A stretch of 64,000 bases of DNA, taken from NCBI GenBank assembly GCA_001983555.1, contig LJHE01000074.1, positions 17,384 to 81,383 of the forward strand. Reading direction: 5' to 3'. The stretch comes from Candidatus Epulonipiscioides gigas. Lineage in GTDB: Bacteria > Bacillota > Clostridia > Lachnospirales > Cellulosilyticaceae. The notes under the pieces were generated by a model, which worked only from the letters and a program-made list of their open reading frames with translations, did not search any database and was not told the DNA's origin. The position numbers were made by a program, and so were the translations under genes. Below, one piece after another: positions 1 to 8,115 of the stretch; the first letter of the stretch is position 1, and every line of letters begins with the position of its first letter.

Positions 1-323
1 AATCTTTTATAGAAGCCAAAAATAATTTAGTAGTAGAAAATATTTTAAAAATAGTATGTTTTACAATAATAGGTGTAATTGCTATACTTATTGCAAGTCC
101 ATTTTTAAATCCTTATCTAACACAATTAGCAGACCCAATTGTTAATATTGAAGTTGGAATTAATCCAAAATCTAATAATGATATTATAATGGACATTATA
201 AATAATGAAAGTGATTTTGCTATACCTATAATATTAGTAACAATTAATTTTTTAGGTTTTATTTATGATTACGCTTTAACGCTTCTTATAAGTGGATATT
301 ATAAATATTTCAAAAAAATGTAA
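1..323 (+). CDS. 3' end of a CDS that starts upstream of the window. The product is a hydrophobic C-terminal segment of a membrane protein (...AIPIILVTINFLGFIYDYALTLLISGYYKYFKKM*).
   Basis: The frame is open from position 3 to the TAA at 321-323 and has no start codon in the window. The translation is hydrophobic and TM-like. Confidence 0.4.
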   Translation, partial: SFIEAKNNLVVENILKIVCFTIIGVIAILIASPFLNPYLTQLADPIVNIEVGINPKSNNDIIMDIINNESDFAIPIILVTINFLGFIYDYALTLLISGYYKYFKKM

Positions 324-394
324 CTTTCGGATGTTTTTTTCATATAATATATTAGACATTGAAATTGACACTTCAAGAATGAGGCGACGGACGT

Positions 395-595
395 ATGATT
401 ACTACAGATTTAAAATCTATCACAAATTTAAAGAAAACTTTATCACGCTTAATTATTAACGAAAACTATGACCTTTCATCACAAGAGGTTATTAATCTTA
501 GTCAAGAATTGGATTCACAAATGTTGCCTATACTCAAGCAACAACTTGACTTTTATAATTTATATCTTAAAATTTATCAAAAGAATCCTATATAA
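395..595 (+). CDS. Spo0E-like sporulation regulatory protein (aspartyl-phosphate phosphatase family)
   Basis: 66-aa helical protein carrying the SQELD motif typical of the Spo0E family (..INLSQELDSQM..). GAGG lies just upstream of the ATG. Confidence 0.5.
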   Translation: MITTDLKSITNLKKTLSRLIINENYDLSSQEVINLSQELDSQMLPILKQQLDFYNLYLKIYQKNPI

Positions 596-647
596 AAAAG
601 AAGTCGAAACAATTATTCGGCCTCTTTTTATGTAAGCTTCTATAGTT

Positions 648-1367
648 TTAATAGTTCATATAATCTTGAGAAGACTTATCTTTTTTATTAAATAAATTTT
701 TCCATATTGATTTTTTATTCTTATTTTGCTCATTTAAATTCGATATTTCTTTTTTTAAAGTTTGCATTTCTCTAACAGCTTCATCAACTTTTTTATAATA
801 TTCTTCAGTTTTTTCAGCACGTAAACTATCATCTTGTTTGATTTTTTCCATATGTGTGTCAACATATGTAACAAGATTAGTTTCTATATCCGCTTTTAAT
901 TCTGCTCCTAATTCTGCCATTATTTCATCTTTAATTCTTGCTTTAGCAATTTGTTGACTAGTAATAAGGGAAGTCTGAATAGTCTGTTGAATTAATTGTA
1001 AAAAAGCATTTTTTTTATTTTCAATTTCACTTAGCTCTTCATTTTGTGAAGCTTCAACAGGAGCTTCTGGTGGTGTAACAACTAACATTCCTTTTCCCAT
1101 TTCGAGAATACCAAGTTCTTCTAACACGGCTAAAGAACTACATACATTGTCACCTATTTTAGCTTTGATAGCTTTTAATTCTATTCCACTATCTCTAAGC
1201 ATTCTAATTTTTTCAATAACATCTATATTTTCTTGTGTAAATACACGATGTTTTTGAGAATTTCTAAAAATATTAAGATTTAGCTCTTTTTCATAATATC
1301 TGAGAACATAAGGTTCAATATTTAAAACAGTGGAAGCTTCTTTTATAGTATAAAATTTTTTATCCAT
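648..1367 (-). CDS. MerR-family transcriptional regulator with a C-terminal coiled-coil extension
   Basis: N-terminal MerR-type HTH (YTIKEASTVLNIEPYVLRYYEKELNL..RNSQKHRVFTQENIDVI..) followed by a long charged, helical C-terminus. Confidence 0.6.
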   Translation of the reverse strand: MDKKFYTIKEASTVLNIEPYVLRYYEKELNLNIFRNSQKHRVFTQENIDVIEKIRMLRDSGIELKAIKAKIGDNVCSSLAVLEELGILEMGKGMLVVTPPEAPVEASQNEELSEIENKKNAFLQLIQQTIQTSLITSQQIAKARIKDEIMAELGAELKADIETNLVTYVDTHMEKIKQDDSLRAEKTEEYYKKVDEAVREMQTLKKEISNLNEQNKNKKSIWKNLFNKKDKSSQDYMNY

Positions 1368-1478
1368 TTTGTAGTCACTCCAATTCTAGTTTTGATAAAT
1401 TTTTAGTCATTTGTATATTCATCTAAATCTATACATTTTCACAAGGGGAAATACAAAATTTCCCCACTATAATAAACT

Positions 1479-3284
1479 TTAATTCTCACTAAATAATGCT
1501 TTTGCAAAATCTTCGGGATTAAATTCTTGTAAGTCGTCTAATTTTTCACCCACTCCAACAAATTTAACTGGAATATTTAGACTTTGACAAATTCCAACTA
1601 CTGCTCCACCTTTTGCAGTACCATCAAGTTTAGTCAAGATTATTCCATCAACCTTTACAACTTCATTAAACAATCTAACTTGAGAAATAGCATTTTGACC
1701 AGTTGTTGCATCTAGTACTATTATAACCTGTTTGTAAGCATTTGAATACTCCTTTTCTATAATTCGTCCTATTTTTTCTAATTCTTTCATAAGATTAACT
1801 TTATTTTGTAATCTACCTGCTGTATCACAAATAAGTATATCTGCTTTTCTTGCTTTTGCAGCTGCAATTGCGTCATATACTACAGAGGCTGGATCAACCC
1901 CTTCTTTGTTTTTAATTATGTCTACTCCTGCTCTTTGAGACCATATTTCAAGTTGTTCTATTGCAGCAGCTCTAAAAGTATCTGCAGCAGCTAAAATAAC
2001 TTTTTTACCATCTGATTTAAATCTATGAGCAAGTTTTGCAATGCTTGTAGTTTTCCCAGCTCCATTTACTCCTATAACTAAAATTACATTAGGTTGCCCT
2101 TCAACTATAAGTGGAGCTGTTTCTTCTTTGGATGTTAAAATGTCAGTTATAATTTCTTTTAAAGCCATTTTTAAATCGTTTGGGTCACTGATTTTTCTAT
2201 CTTTAACCACTTCTCTTAGCTTATCTAAAATATTTTCTGTAGTTTCAACTCCAAAATCAGCCATTACTAAAACTTCTTCTAATTCTTCATAAAGTTCTTC
2301 ATCTATCTTTTTAAAACTCTTTAAAACATTTTCAACTCCGCCTAATATATTCTCTCTTGTTTTAGTGAGTCCTTTCCATAATCTTTTAAATATACCTTTT
2401 GTTTTTTCAGCTACTACTTCTTTAAGCTCTTCTTTAAATTCTTCTTTAAGTTCTTCCTTAAGCTCTTCCTTAAGTTCTTCTTTAAGTTCTTCTTTTAGTT
2501 CTGTACTTAAATTATTTTCAGTTTCTTTCTCATTATTTTCTGAAAACTCTTCATCAAAATCAAGTTTTATATCTGGAGCATCTTTGTTTTGCTCAAAATG
2601 TACTTCAATTGGTTTAATTTCTTCGATAATTACTTCAGGTTCTATTTTGGTTGGTTTAACTTTTTTATTAGTTGCTTCTGGTTTTATTTTGGTTGGTTTA
2701 ACTTTTTTATTAGTTGCTTCTGATTTTATTTTAGTTGGTTTAACTTCTTCAATAATTACTTCAGGTTCTATTTTGATTGGTTTAACTTCTTCAATAATTA
2801 CTTCAGGTTCTATTTTGGTTGGTTTAACTTCTTCGATAATTACTTCAGGTTCTATTTTGGTTGGTTTAACTTTTTTATTAGTTGCTTCTGGTTTTATTTT
2901 GGTTGGTTTAATTTTTTTATTAGTTGCTTCTGATTTTATTTTAGTTGGGTTAACTTCTTCAATAATTACTTCAGGTTCTATTTTGGTTAGTTTAACTTCT
3001 TCGATAATTAGTTCGGGTTCTACTTCAACGGGTTTAACTTCTTCAATAATTACTTTTGGTTCTTCTGGTATCTGAAGTTCTTCTCTAATTGCTCTAATCT
3101 TTTCTTCAATTGTCTCCTCTTCAATTATCTCCTCCTCAATTTTTTCTTCATCTTCAACTAATTCAAGCTCTTTAGATATTTTAATTTCTTCTTTTATGAT
3201 AGGTGATGTTTTTAAATTTTTATCCTCTTGAATATTTTTATTTTTCTTACCAAATAATTTTTTTATTCCATCAAATAAAGCCAT
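1479..3284 (-). CDS. ftsY: Signal recognition particle receptor FtsY with a long repetitive acidic N-terminal A-domain
   Basis: C-terminal NG domain with the GVNGAGKTTSIAKLA P-loop and the DTAGR and TKLDGTAKGG motifs. N-terminal ~400 aa consist of E/K/P-rich tandem repeats (EPEVIIEEVKPTKI..; ELKEE x5). The gene lies directly downstream of smc. Confidence 0.9.
   Translation of the reverse strand: MALFDGIKKLFGKKNKNIQEDKNLKTSPIIKEEIKISKELELVEDEEKIEEEIIEEETIEEKIRAIREELQIPEEPKVIIEEVKPVEVEPELIIEEVKLTKIEPEVIIEEVNPTKIKSEATNKKIKPTKIKPEATNKKVKPTKIEPEVIIEEVKPTKIEPEVIIEEVKPIKIEPEVIIEEVKPTKIKSEATNKKVKPTKIKPEATNKKVKPTKIEPEVIIEEIKPIEVHFEQNKDAPDIKLDFDEEFSENNEKETENNLSTELKEELKEELKEELKEELKEEFKEELKEVVAEKTKGIFKRLWKGLTKTRENILGGVENVLKSFKKIDEELYEELEEVLVMADFGVETTENILDKLREVVKDRKISDPNDLKMALKEIITDILTSKEETAPLIVEGQPNVILVIGVNGAGKTTSIAKLAHRFKSDGKKVILAAADTFRAAAIEQLEIWSQRAGVDIIKNKEGVDPASVVYDAIAAAKARKADILICDTAGRLQNKVNLMKELEKIGRIIEKEYSNAYKQVIIVLDATTGQNAISQVRLFNEVVKVDGIILTKLDGTAKGGAVVGICQSLNIPVKFVGVGEKLDDLQEFNPEDFAKALFSEN
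2395..3060. repeat. Coding tandem-repeat tract inside the ftsY A-domain. It has a 15-nt ELKEE unit x5, ~42-nt units (EPEVIIEEVKPTKI) and a 210-bp higher-order duplication (about 2636-2770 versus 2846-2980).
   Basis: Near-identical DNA blocks ('ggttctattttggttggtttaacttttttattagttgcttctg...') recur with a 42-nt and a 210-nt period. The opposite-strand ORF 2365..3075 is an artefact of this tract. Confidence 0.8.
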
Positions 3285-3287
3285 TTT

Positions 3288-6200
3288 TTATTTCCTTTCT
3301 GTAACATAATTTTTAGCATCACTCAATTTAATTGAAAGTAAAGTCGATACTCCTTTTTCTTGTTGAGTAATGCCATATAAGGTATTAGCGTTTTCCATTG
3401 TGCCTTTTCTATGGGTTATTACGATAAATTGTGTATTATTAGATAAACTTTTTAAATATTTAATAAACCTTAATACATTGGCTTCATCTAAAGCTGCTTC
3501 TATTTCATCTAATATACAAAATGGGGACGGTTTAAGTTTCAAAATTGAAAATAATAAGGCAATTGCTGTTAAAGTTCGTTCACCTCCAGATAATAAGCTT
3601 AAATTTTGTAGTTTCTTACCAGGAGGCTGTATAATTATTTCTATTCCAGATTCTAAGATATTTTTTTCATCAGTTAATTTTAATTTAGCTACTCCACCAC
3701 CAAAAAGCTCTTTAAATATAGTTTCAAAATTATTTGCAATATTCTTAAATTCTTTAATAAAAATAATATTCATTTCCATAGTAAGTTTTTCGATTAGTTT
3801 TTCTAAAGTGTTTTGAGCTTTTAAAATATCTTCTTTTTGAGCACTCAAAAAGTTATATCTATTAGAAGTTTCATGAAACTCATTAATTGCATTAGTATTT
3901 ATAGTTCCAATGGTTTTCATCTGAGATTTAAATGTGTTTTGTTGTTTTTTTAAATCTATTTTTTTTAAATCTATATTAGAAAGTTGATTTTTAATGATAT
4001 GCTCATTTGGATCTAAATTATATTCTTCCAATATATATTTATTAAGATTTTTTATTTCTTTGTTTAAATTTTCTATTTGTATTTCTTGTCTAATTATTTC
4101 TTTTTCAAGATTTGAAATTGTATCTGAAATATTTTGTGAGCTCTTTTTAAAAGAAGTTTCCATTTTTAAAAAATTTTTTCTTTCTGTTTCAAGTAATATT
4201 CTATTTTGTTCAATTTCTTTGAGATTAGACTTAATAATTTCTTTTTCTTTAGTTTTTGAGATAATCTCTTTTTCATAATTGGCTTTTTCTAAACTTAATA
4301 TATTAAGTTTATTTTTTAAAAAGTCCATTTTTGAGTTAATTTGTTCAATTTGAGCTTTATTCATAGTAATCTCTTTTTTTATATTACTTATATCTTGCTC
4401 TATTGTATAAAGTTTCATGGAATATTCAGATAAGTTTTCTACATGTTTAAAAGAAATCTGTTCTAGCTCTAATAATTCATTTTCTAATTTATTTGTTGGA
4501 GCAATTGAATTATTATTTTCACTTTTTTTGTGTTCTAATTTTTTTAATTTATTTTCATACTTTAACTTTATTTGTGAAAGTTCTTTTTCAAGCTTTGAAA
4601 CTTCTAAATTAGCAATATTCTTTTGTAAGTTTAAATTTTTTTCAATTTCTAATTTTTGTATCCCATCAAATTGCAGAAGTTCTCTTTCTATATTATCCTT
4701 CTCAGCTTGTATTCTGTCAAGTACACTTAATTTATCTTGAAATTTCTTAGAAATGCTTATATATTTTTGCTGAGATATTTTTATTTTTTTATCTATTTCA
4801 ACTAATATTTTTTTATTTTCGGCAATTTCACGACTTCTATTAAAAATATTGGTTTGTATATTATTTTGAGCTCCTCCAGTAAGTGATCCTCCTACATTAA
4901 ATATCTCTCCATCTAATGTTATAATACGCAACTTATAATCAAATATTCTTGCAATATTGCTTGCATTTTTCATATTATCGGCAATTATAATTCTTCCAAG
5001 TAAAAATGAAAATATAGCTAAATCTTCAGCTTTACAATTAATAATATCTGTAGCTATAGACAAAAAACCTGGTTGTGATACTAATTGTTCTTTTATTTTA
5101 GGGTCAATAGGATTTTTTTTAATAGTATCTCGTGGCAAAAAAGTTACTCTACTAATCTTTTGTTGCTTCATAAGAGTAATAATATTTTGTGCATCTTTAT
5201 GAGTATTAGTAATAATATTTTGTAATGCTCCACCAAGAGCAGTTGCAATTGCTACTTCATATTCTGCTGGTACTTCAATAGTGTTAGCAACAACTTCAAT
5301 TCCCTTAAAGTTATCTTTACTAATTTTTAAAACTTCTTTAACGCTATTATAAAAACCTTCATGATTTTCTTTAAGAGAAATTAACCAATTTTGCTTACGA
5401 TTTAATTGTTCGTAATCATTGTTATATTTATTAATTTGTTCCTCATTTTCTTTATAAATTTTACTTAAATTTTCTTTTTCAGCTAGAGCAACAACAAATT
5501 CTTTTTTTATAGTTACGCTCTTAGCATCTAAAGCTTTCTTATTTTCTTTTAAATACTTAATTTTAATATTTGATTTTTCTAAATCTGTTTCTAATTCTGC
5601 TAATGATTGAAGATGTTTAGTAAGTCTATTTACCAGATTAATTTTTATTTCTTCTATCGATTTTAATTCTACTTCTATAATACTAATATCTTTTTCTAAT
5701 TTATTGGTTTTATCCTTTATTTTACTAACTTCTTTAGCTTTTACTTTTTTTTCTTTATCTACTAAATTTTTTTGCTTATTTAGAGATATGTTTATTGCTT
5801 CTAAACTTTCTTTTTCTGTATTTTTAGTTTTTATATCTATATTTAAAGTATTTAATTTTTGTTTTAAATCTTTGATATAAATTAAGTTATCTTCTTGCTC
5901 TTTTTTATTATCTTTTATTTGCTTATCTATCAAATTTATTTTTTCTGTTATAAGATTTATTTCACTTATTATATTTGCATTTTGTTTTTCTAAATTTATT
6001 GATGTTTTCACATTATCATTTACGTTAGATTGAAAAAGATTTTGTTGTTGTAATAAGTCTTTTTCTTGCTTAATTAAAAGTTTTTTATTTTGTTTTTCAT
6101 CTTCTAATTGAAGTGTAGAAATTTCTAGTCTATTTTCTAATTGCTCTAAAGTTTTATTAATATTATTAGTTTGTTCTAAAAATAAAGCAATATCAACTTG

Positions 6201-6866
6201 CTTTAAATCTTCTTTAAGCTTAAAATATTGCTTTGCCTTTTCTGCTTCTTTTTCTAACGGAACAAGATGAGATTTAATTTCCAAAAGTATATCATCTACT
6301 CTTAGCATATTTTCTTTTTCTTTATCGAGCTTTTTATTAGCTTCTTGTTTTTTTATTTTATATTTATAAATGCCTGTTGCTTCTTCAAAAAGACTTCTTC
6401 TATCTTCTGGTTTAGAGCTTAATATTTTATCAATTTGACCCTGTCCAATAATTGAATATCCTTCTTTTCCAATGCCAGTATCCATAAAGATTTCTTGAAT
6501 ATCTTTTAATCTGCAACCAGCTTTATTTATAAAGTATTCACTTTCTCCTGAGCGATATACTCTTCTTTTGACTTCAATTTCATTAAAACTTATTTTTAAG
6601 TCATTTTCATTTTTTATAAGCAATGAAACTTCTGCATAACCTAAAGGTTTTCTTTTATCCGTACCTGCAAAAATTATATCTTCCATTTTGGAGCCTCTAA
6701 GTGTTTTTGCGCTTTGTTCTCCTAAAACCCATCTTATTGCATCGGCAACATTACTTTTACCGCTTCCATTTGGACCTATGACGGCAGTTATTCCAGGTGG
6801 AACTAAAATTTTTACGGAATCTCCAAAAGATTTAAATCCAGAAATTTCTATTTTTTCTAAATACAT
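3288..6866 (-). CDS. smc: Chromosome partition protein SMC
   Basis: 1192 aa with an N-terminal Walker A (GPNGSGKSN), long coiled-coil arms, a hinge, the C-terminal LSGGE signature and a Walker B (ILDEIEAALD). Conserved rnc-smc-ftsY gene order. Confidence 0.92.
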   Translation of the reverse strand: MYLEKIEISGFKSFGDSVKILVPPGITAVIGPNGSGKSNVADAIRWVLGEQSAKTLRGSKMEDIIFAGTDKRKPLGYAEVSLLIKNENDLKISFNEIEVKRRVYRSGESEYFINKAGCRLKDIQEIFMDTGIGKEGYSIIGQGQIDKILSSKPEDRRSLFEEATGIYKYKIKKQEANKKLDKEKENMLRVDDILLEIKSHLVPLEKEAEKAKQYFKLKEDLKQVDIALFLEQTNNINKTLEQLENRLEISTLQLEDEKQNKKLLIKQEKDLLQQQNLFQSNVNDNVKTSINLEKQNANIISEINLITEKINLIDKQIKDNKKEQEDNLIYIKDLKQKLNTLNIDIKTKNTEKESLEAINISLNKQKNLVDKEKKVKAKEVSKIKDKTNKLEKDISIIEVELKSIEEIKINLVNRLTKHLQSLAELETDLEKSNIKIKYLKENKKALDAKSVTIKKEFVVALAEKENLSKIYKENEEQINKYNNDYEQLNRKQNWLISLKENHEGFYNSVKEVLKISKDNFKGIEVVANTIEVPAEYEVAIATALGGALQNIITNTHKDAQNIITLMKQQKISRVTFLPRDTIKKNPIDPKIKEQLVSQPGFLSIATDIINCKAEDLAIFSFLLGRIIIADNMKNASNIARIFDYKLRIITLDGEIFNVGGSLTGGAQNNIQTNIFNRSREIAENKKILVEIDKKIKISQQKYISISKKFQDKLSVLDRIQAEKDNIERELLQFDGIQKLEIEKNLNLQKNIANLEVSKLEKELSQIKLKYENKLKKLEHKKSENNNSIAPTNKLENELLELEQISFKHVENLSEYSMKLYTIEQDISNIKKEITMNKAQIEQINSKMDFLKNKLNILSLEKANYEKEIISKTKEKEIIKSNLKEIEQNRILLETERKNFLKMETSFKKSSQNISDTISNLEKEIIRQEIQIENLNKEIKNLNKYILEEYNLDPNEHIIKNQLSNIDLKKIDLKKQQNTFKSQMKTIGTINTNAINEFHETSNRYNFLSAQKEDILKAQNTLEKLIEKLTMEMNIIFIKEFKNIANNFETIFKELFGGGVAKLKLTDEKNILESGIEIIIQPPGKKLQNLSLLSGGERTLTAIALLFSILKLKPSPFCILDEIEAALDEANVLRFIKYLKSLSNNTQFIVITHRKGTMENANTLYGITQQEKGVSTLLSIKLSDAKNYVTERK

Positions 6867-6875
6867 CTCAGTTAC

Positions 6876-7616
6876 CTATTTTTTGTAGTGATATCTATTA
6901 ATTAAACCATTATGGGCAGCCATTTGCTCTGCTTCTCGTTTGGTTTTTCCATGCCCAGTGCCAATTACTTTTCCGTTTTGTGCAACTTCTACTTCAAATT
7001 CTTTTTCATGATCAGGACCTTTTTCTTTGATAACCGTATAAGAAAGTACTGTGTCAATTATTTTTTGAGATTCAACTTGTAAAAGTGTTTTATAATCTTT
7101 ATAAAGTTGATTAGCAGAAGTATTTTTAATTGATTCTATTAGAGTATTTGTCAAAAAAGTTTTAACCTGTTCATATGAGCTATCTACTAGCATAGCTCCT
7201 GTAACAGCTTCAAACGCATCAGCTATAATTGAGTCGCGACTTCGACCACCGCCCATTTCTTCGCCATGACCTAACAAAATATATTTTCCTAAATCCAATT
7301 GTTTACCTGCTTTTGCCAAAGATTCTTCACATACAATACTTGCTCTAAATTTAGATAAGTCACCTTCTTGTGATGTTGAATATTTTTTAAATAAATATTC
7401 ACTTACAATTAAATCCAAAATAGCATCTCCTAAAAATTCAAGACGTTCATTATCTTTGACATTTTGCTCACGATGTTCATTGGCATATGAGCTATGAGTA
7501 AGAGCTTGCTCTAAAAATTCCTTTTTTTCAAAGCTATAATTGATTATAGTTTCAAATTGTTTTAACATTTCTTTTCTATTAAGTGACATATACATATTTT
7601 TATTTCTCCATTTCAT
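6876..7616 (-). CDS. rnc: Ribonuclease III
   Basis: RNase III signature ERLEFLGDAILDL plus a C-terminal dsRBD. The gene sits upstream of smc as in other Firmicutes. Confidence 0.9.
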   Translation of the reverse strand: MKWRNKNMYMSLNRKEMLKQFETIINYSFEKKEFLEQALTHSSYANEHREQNVKDNERLEFLGDAILDLIVSEYLFKKYSTSQEGDLSKFRASIVCEESLAKAGKQLDLGKYILLGHGEEMGGGRSRDSIIADAFEAVTGAMLVDSSYEQVKTFLTNTLIESIKNTSANQLYKDYKTLLQVESQKIIDTVLSYTVIKEKGPDHEKEFEVEVAQNGKVIGTGHGKTKREAEQMAAHNGLINRYHYKK

Positions 7617-7760
7617 ATAGTATTTATATATATTTTGTACAATTGTTTTACAAATTATAACATAGAGTTTGAATTAATACTATTATTTACCTCTATACAA
7701 TTTTAGGGCTATGGGGTATAATATAGTTAGCAGTAAGTTGCCGACAATCTACGTAGGGGG

Positions 7761-8015
7761 GTGCAATTTGTGTACAAGGGGGATAATAATATAAAAAAAT
7801 GTAACTGTTGCGGACGTAATATAGATGAAGTTTCTAAAATCTCAGGACATAATGATTTTTTATTAGTTAGAAAAGAATGGGGGTACTTTTCTAATAAAGA
7901 TATGACAGAGCATAGATTTAATATATGTGAAAATTGTTATGATAAATGGATAGAATCATTTAAACTTCCCATTGAAGAATTTATAACAACAGAGCTTTTT
8001 AAGGGAATTAGTTAA
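7761..8015 (+). CDS. Small zinc-ribbon protein (CxCC...CxxC) of unknown function. The start is GTG at 7761 or, more likely, GTG at 7770.
   Basis: 84-aa ORF with two Cys pairs (CNCCG and CENC). The G-rich SD 'taggggggtg' ends 6-7 nt before GTG 7770. A rho-independent terminator follows immediately. Confidence 0.45.
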   Translation: MQFVYKGDNNIKKCNCCGRNIDEVSKISGHNDFLLVRKEWGYFSNKDMTEHRFNICENCYDKWIESFKLPIEEFITTELFKGIS

Positions 8016-8027
8016 TATGATCACAGT

Positions 8028-8064
8028 CTAGTTGAGCCGATGAGGAACAACTAGGCTTTTTTTA
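8028..8064 (+). terminator. Rho-independent terminator after the Zn-ribbon gene
   Basis: 7-bp stem ctagttg/caactag with a 13-nt loop, followed by GC and TTTTTTTA. Confidence 0.6.
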
Positions 8065-8115
8065 TTGAAAAAAATTAAAATTTATGAGATAATTATTTTT
8101 ATAGGGGGGAAAAAA

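Noticed and set aside
600-647. Possible bidirectional terminator between the Spo0E-like gene and the MerR gene
   Set aside because: Only a weak, imperfect stem (gaagtcg../..cggcctc) with short U-tracts. Too marginal to annotate.
2395-3060. Regularly spaced direct repeats considered as a possible CRISPR array
   Set aside because: The repeats are in-frame coding sequence of the ftsY A-domain (42-nt and 210-nt periods). There are no unique spacers and no cas genes.
2365-3075. 236-aa plus-strand ORF (Ser/Leu-rich, repetitive) and the neighbouring 2041..2292 ORF
   Set aside because: They lie antisense inside ftsY. The open frame is an artefact of the low-complexity tandem repeats in the ftsY A-domain coding sequence. 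There is no SD, and the composition is the mirror of the real frame.
3370-5202. Several 80-150-aa plus-strand ORFs (3370..3816, 3994..4278, 4417..4740, 4957..5202)
   Set aside because: All are antisense to smc. They are AT-rich open frames typical of shadow ORFs opposite a long, well-supported gene.
8065-8115. TTG start at 8065 proposed by the ORF finder for the large unknown gene
   Set aside because: It lies inside the T-tract of the upstream terminator and has no SD. The ATG at 8116 is preceded by GGGGGGG at ideal spacing.
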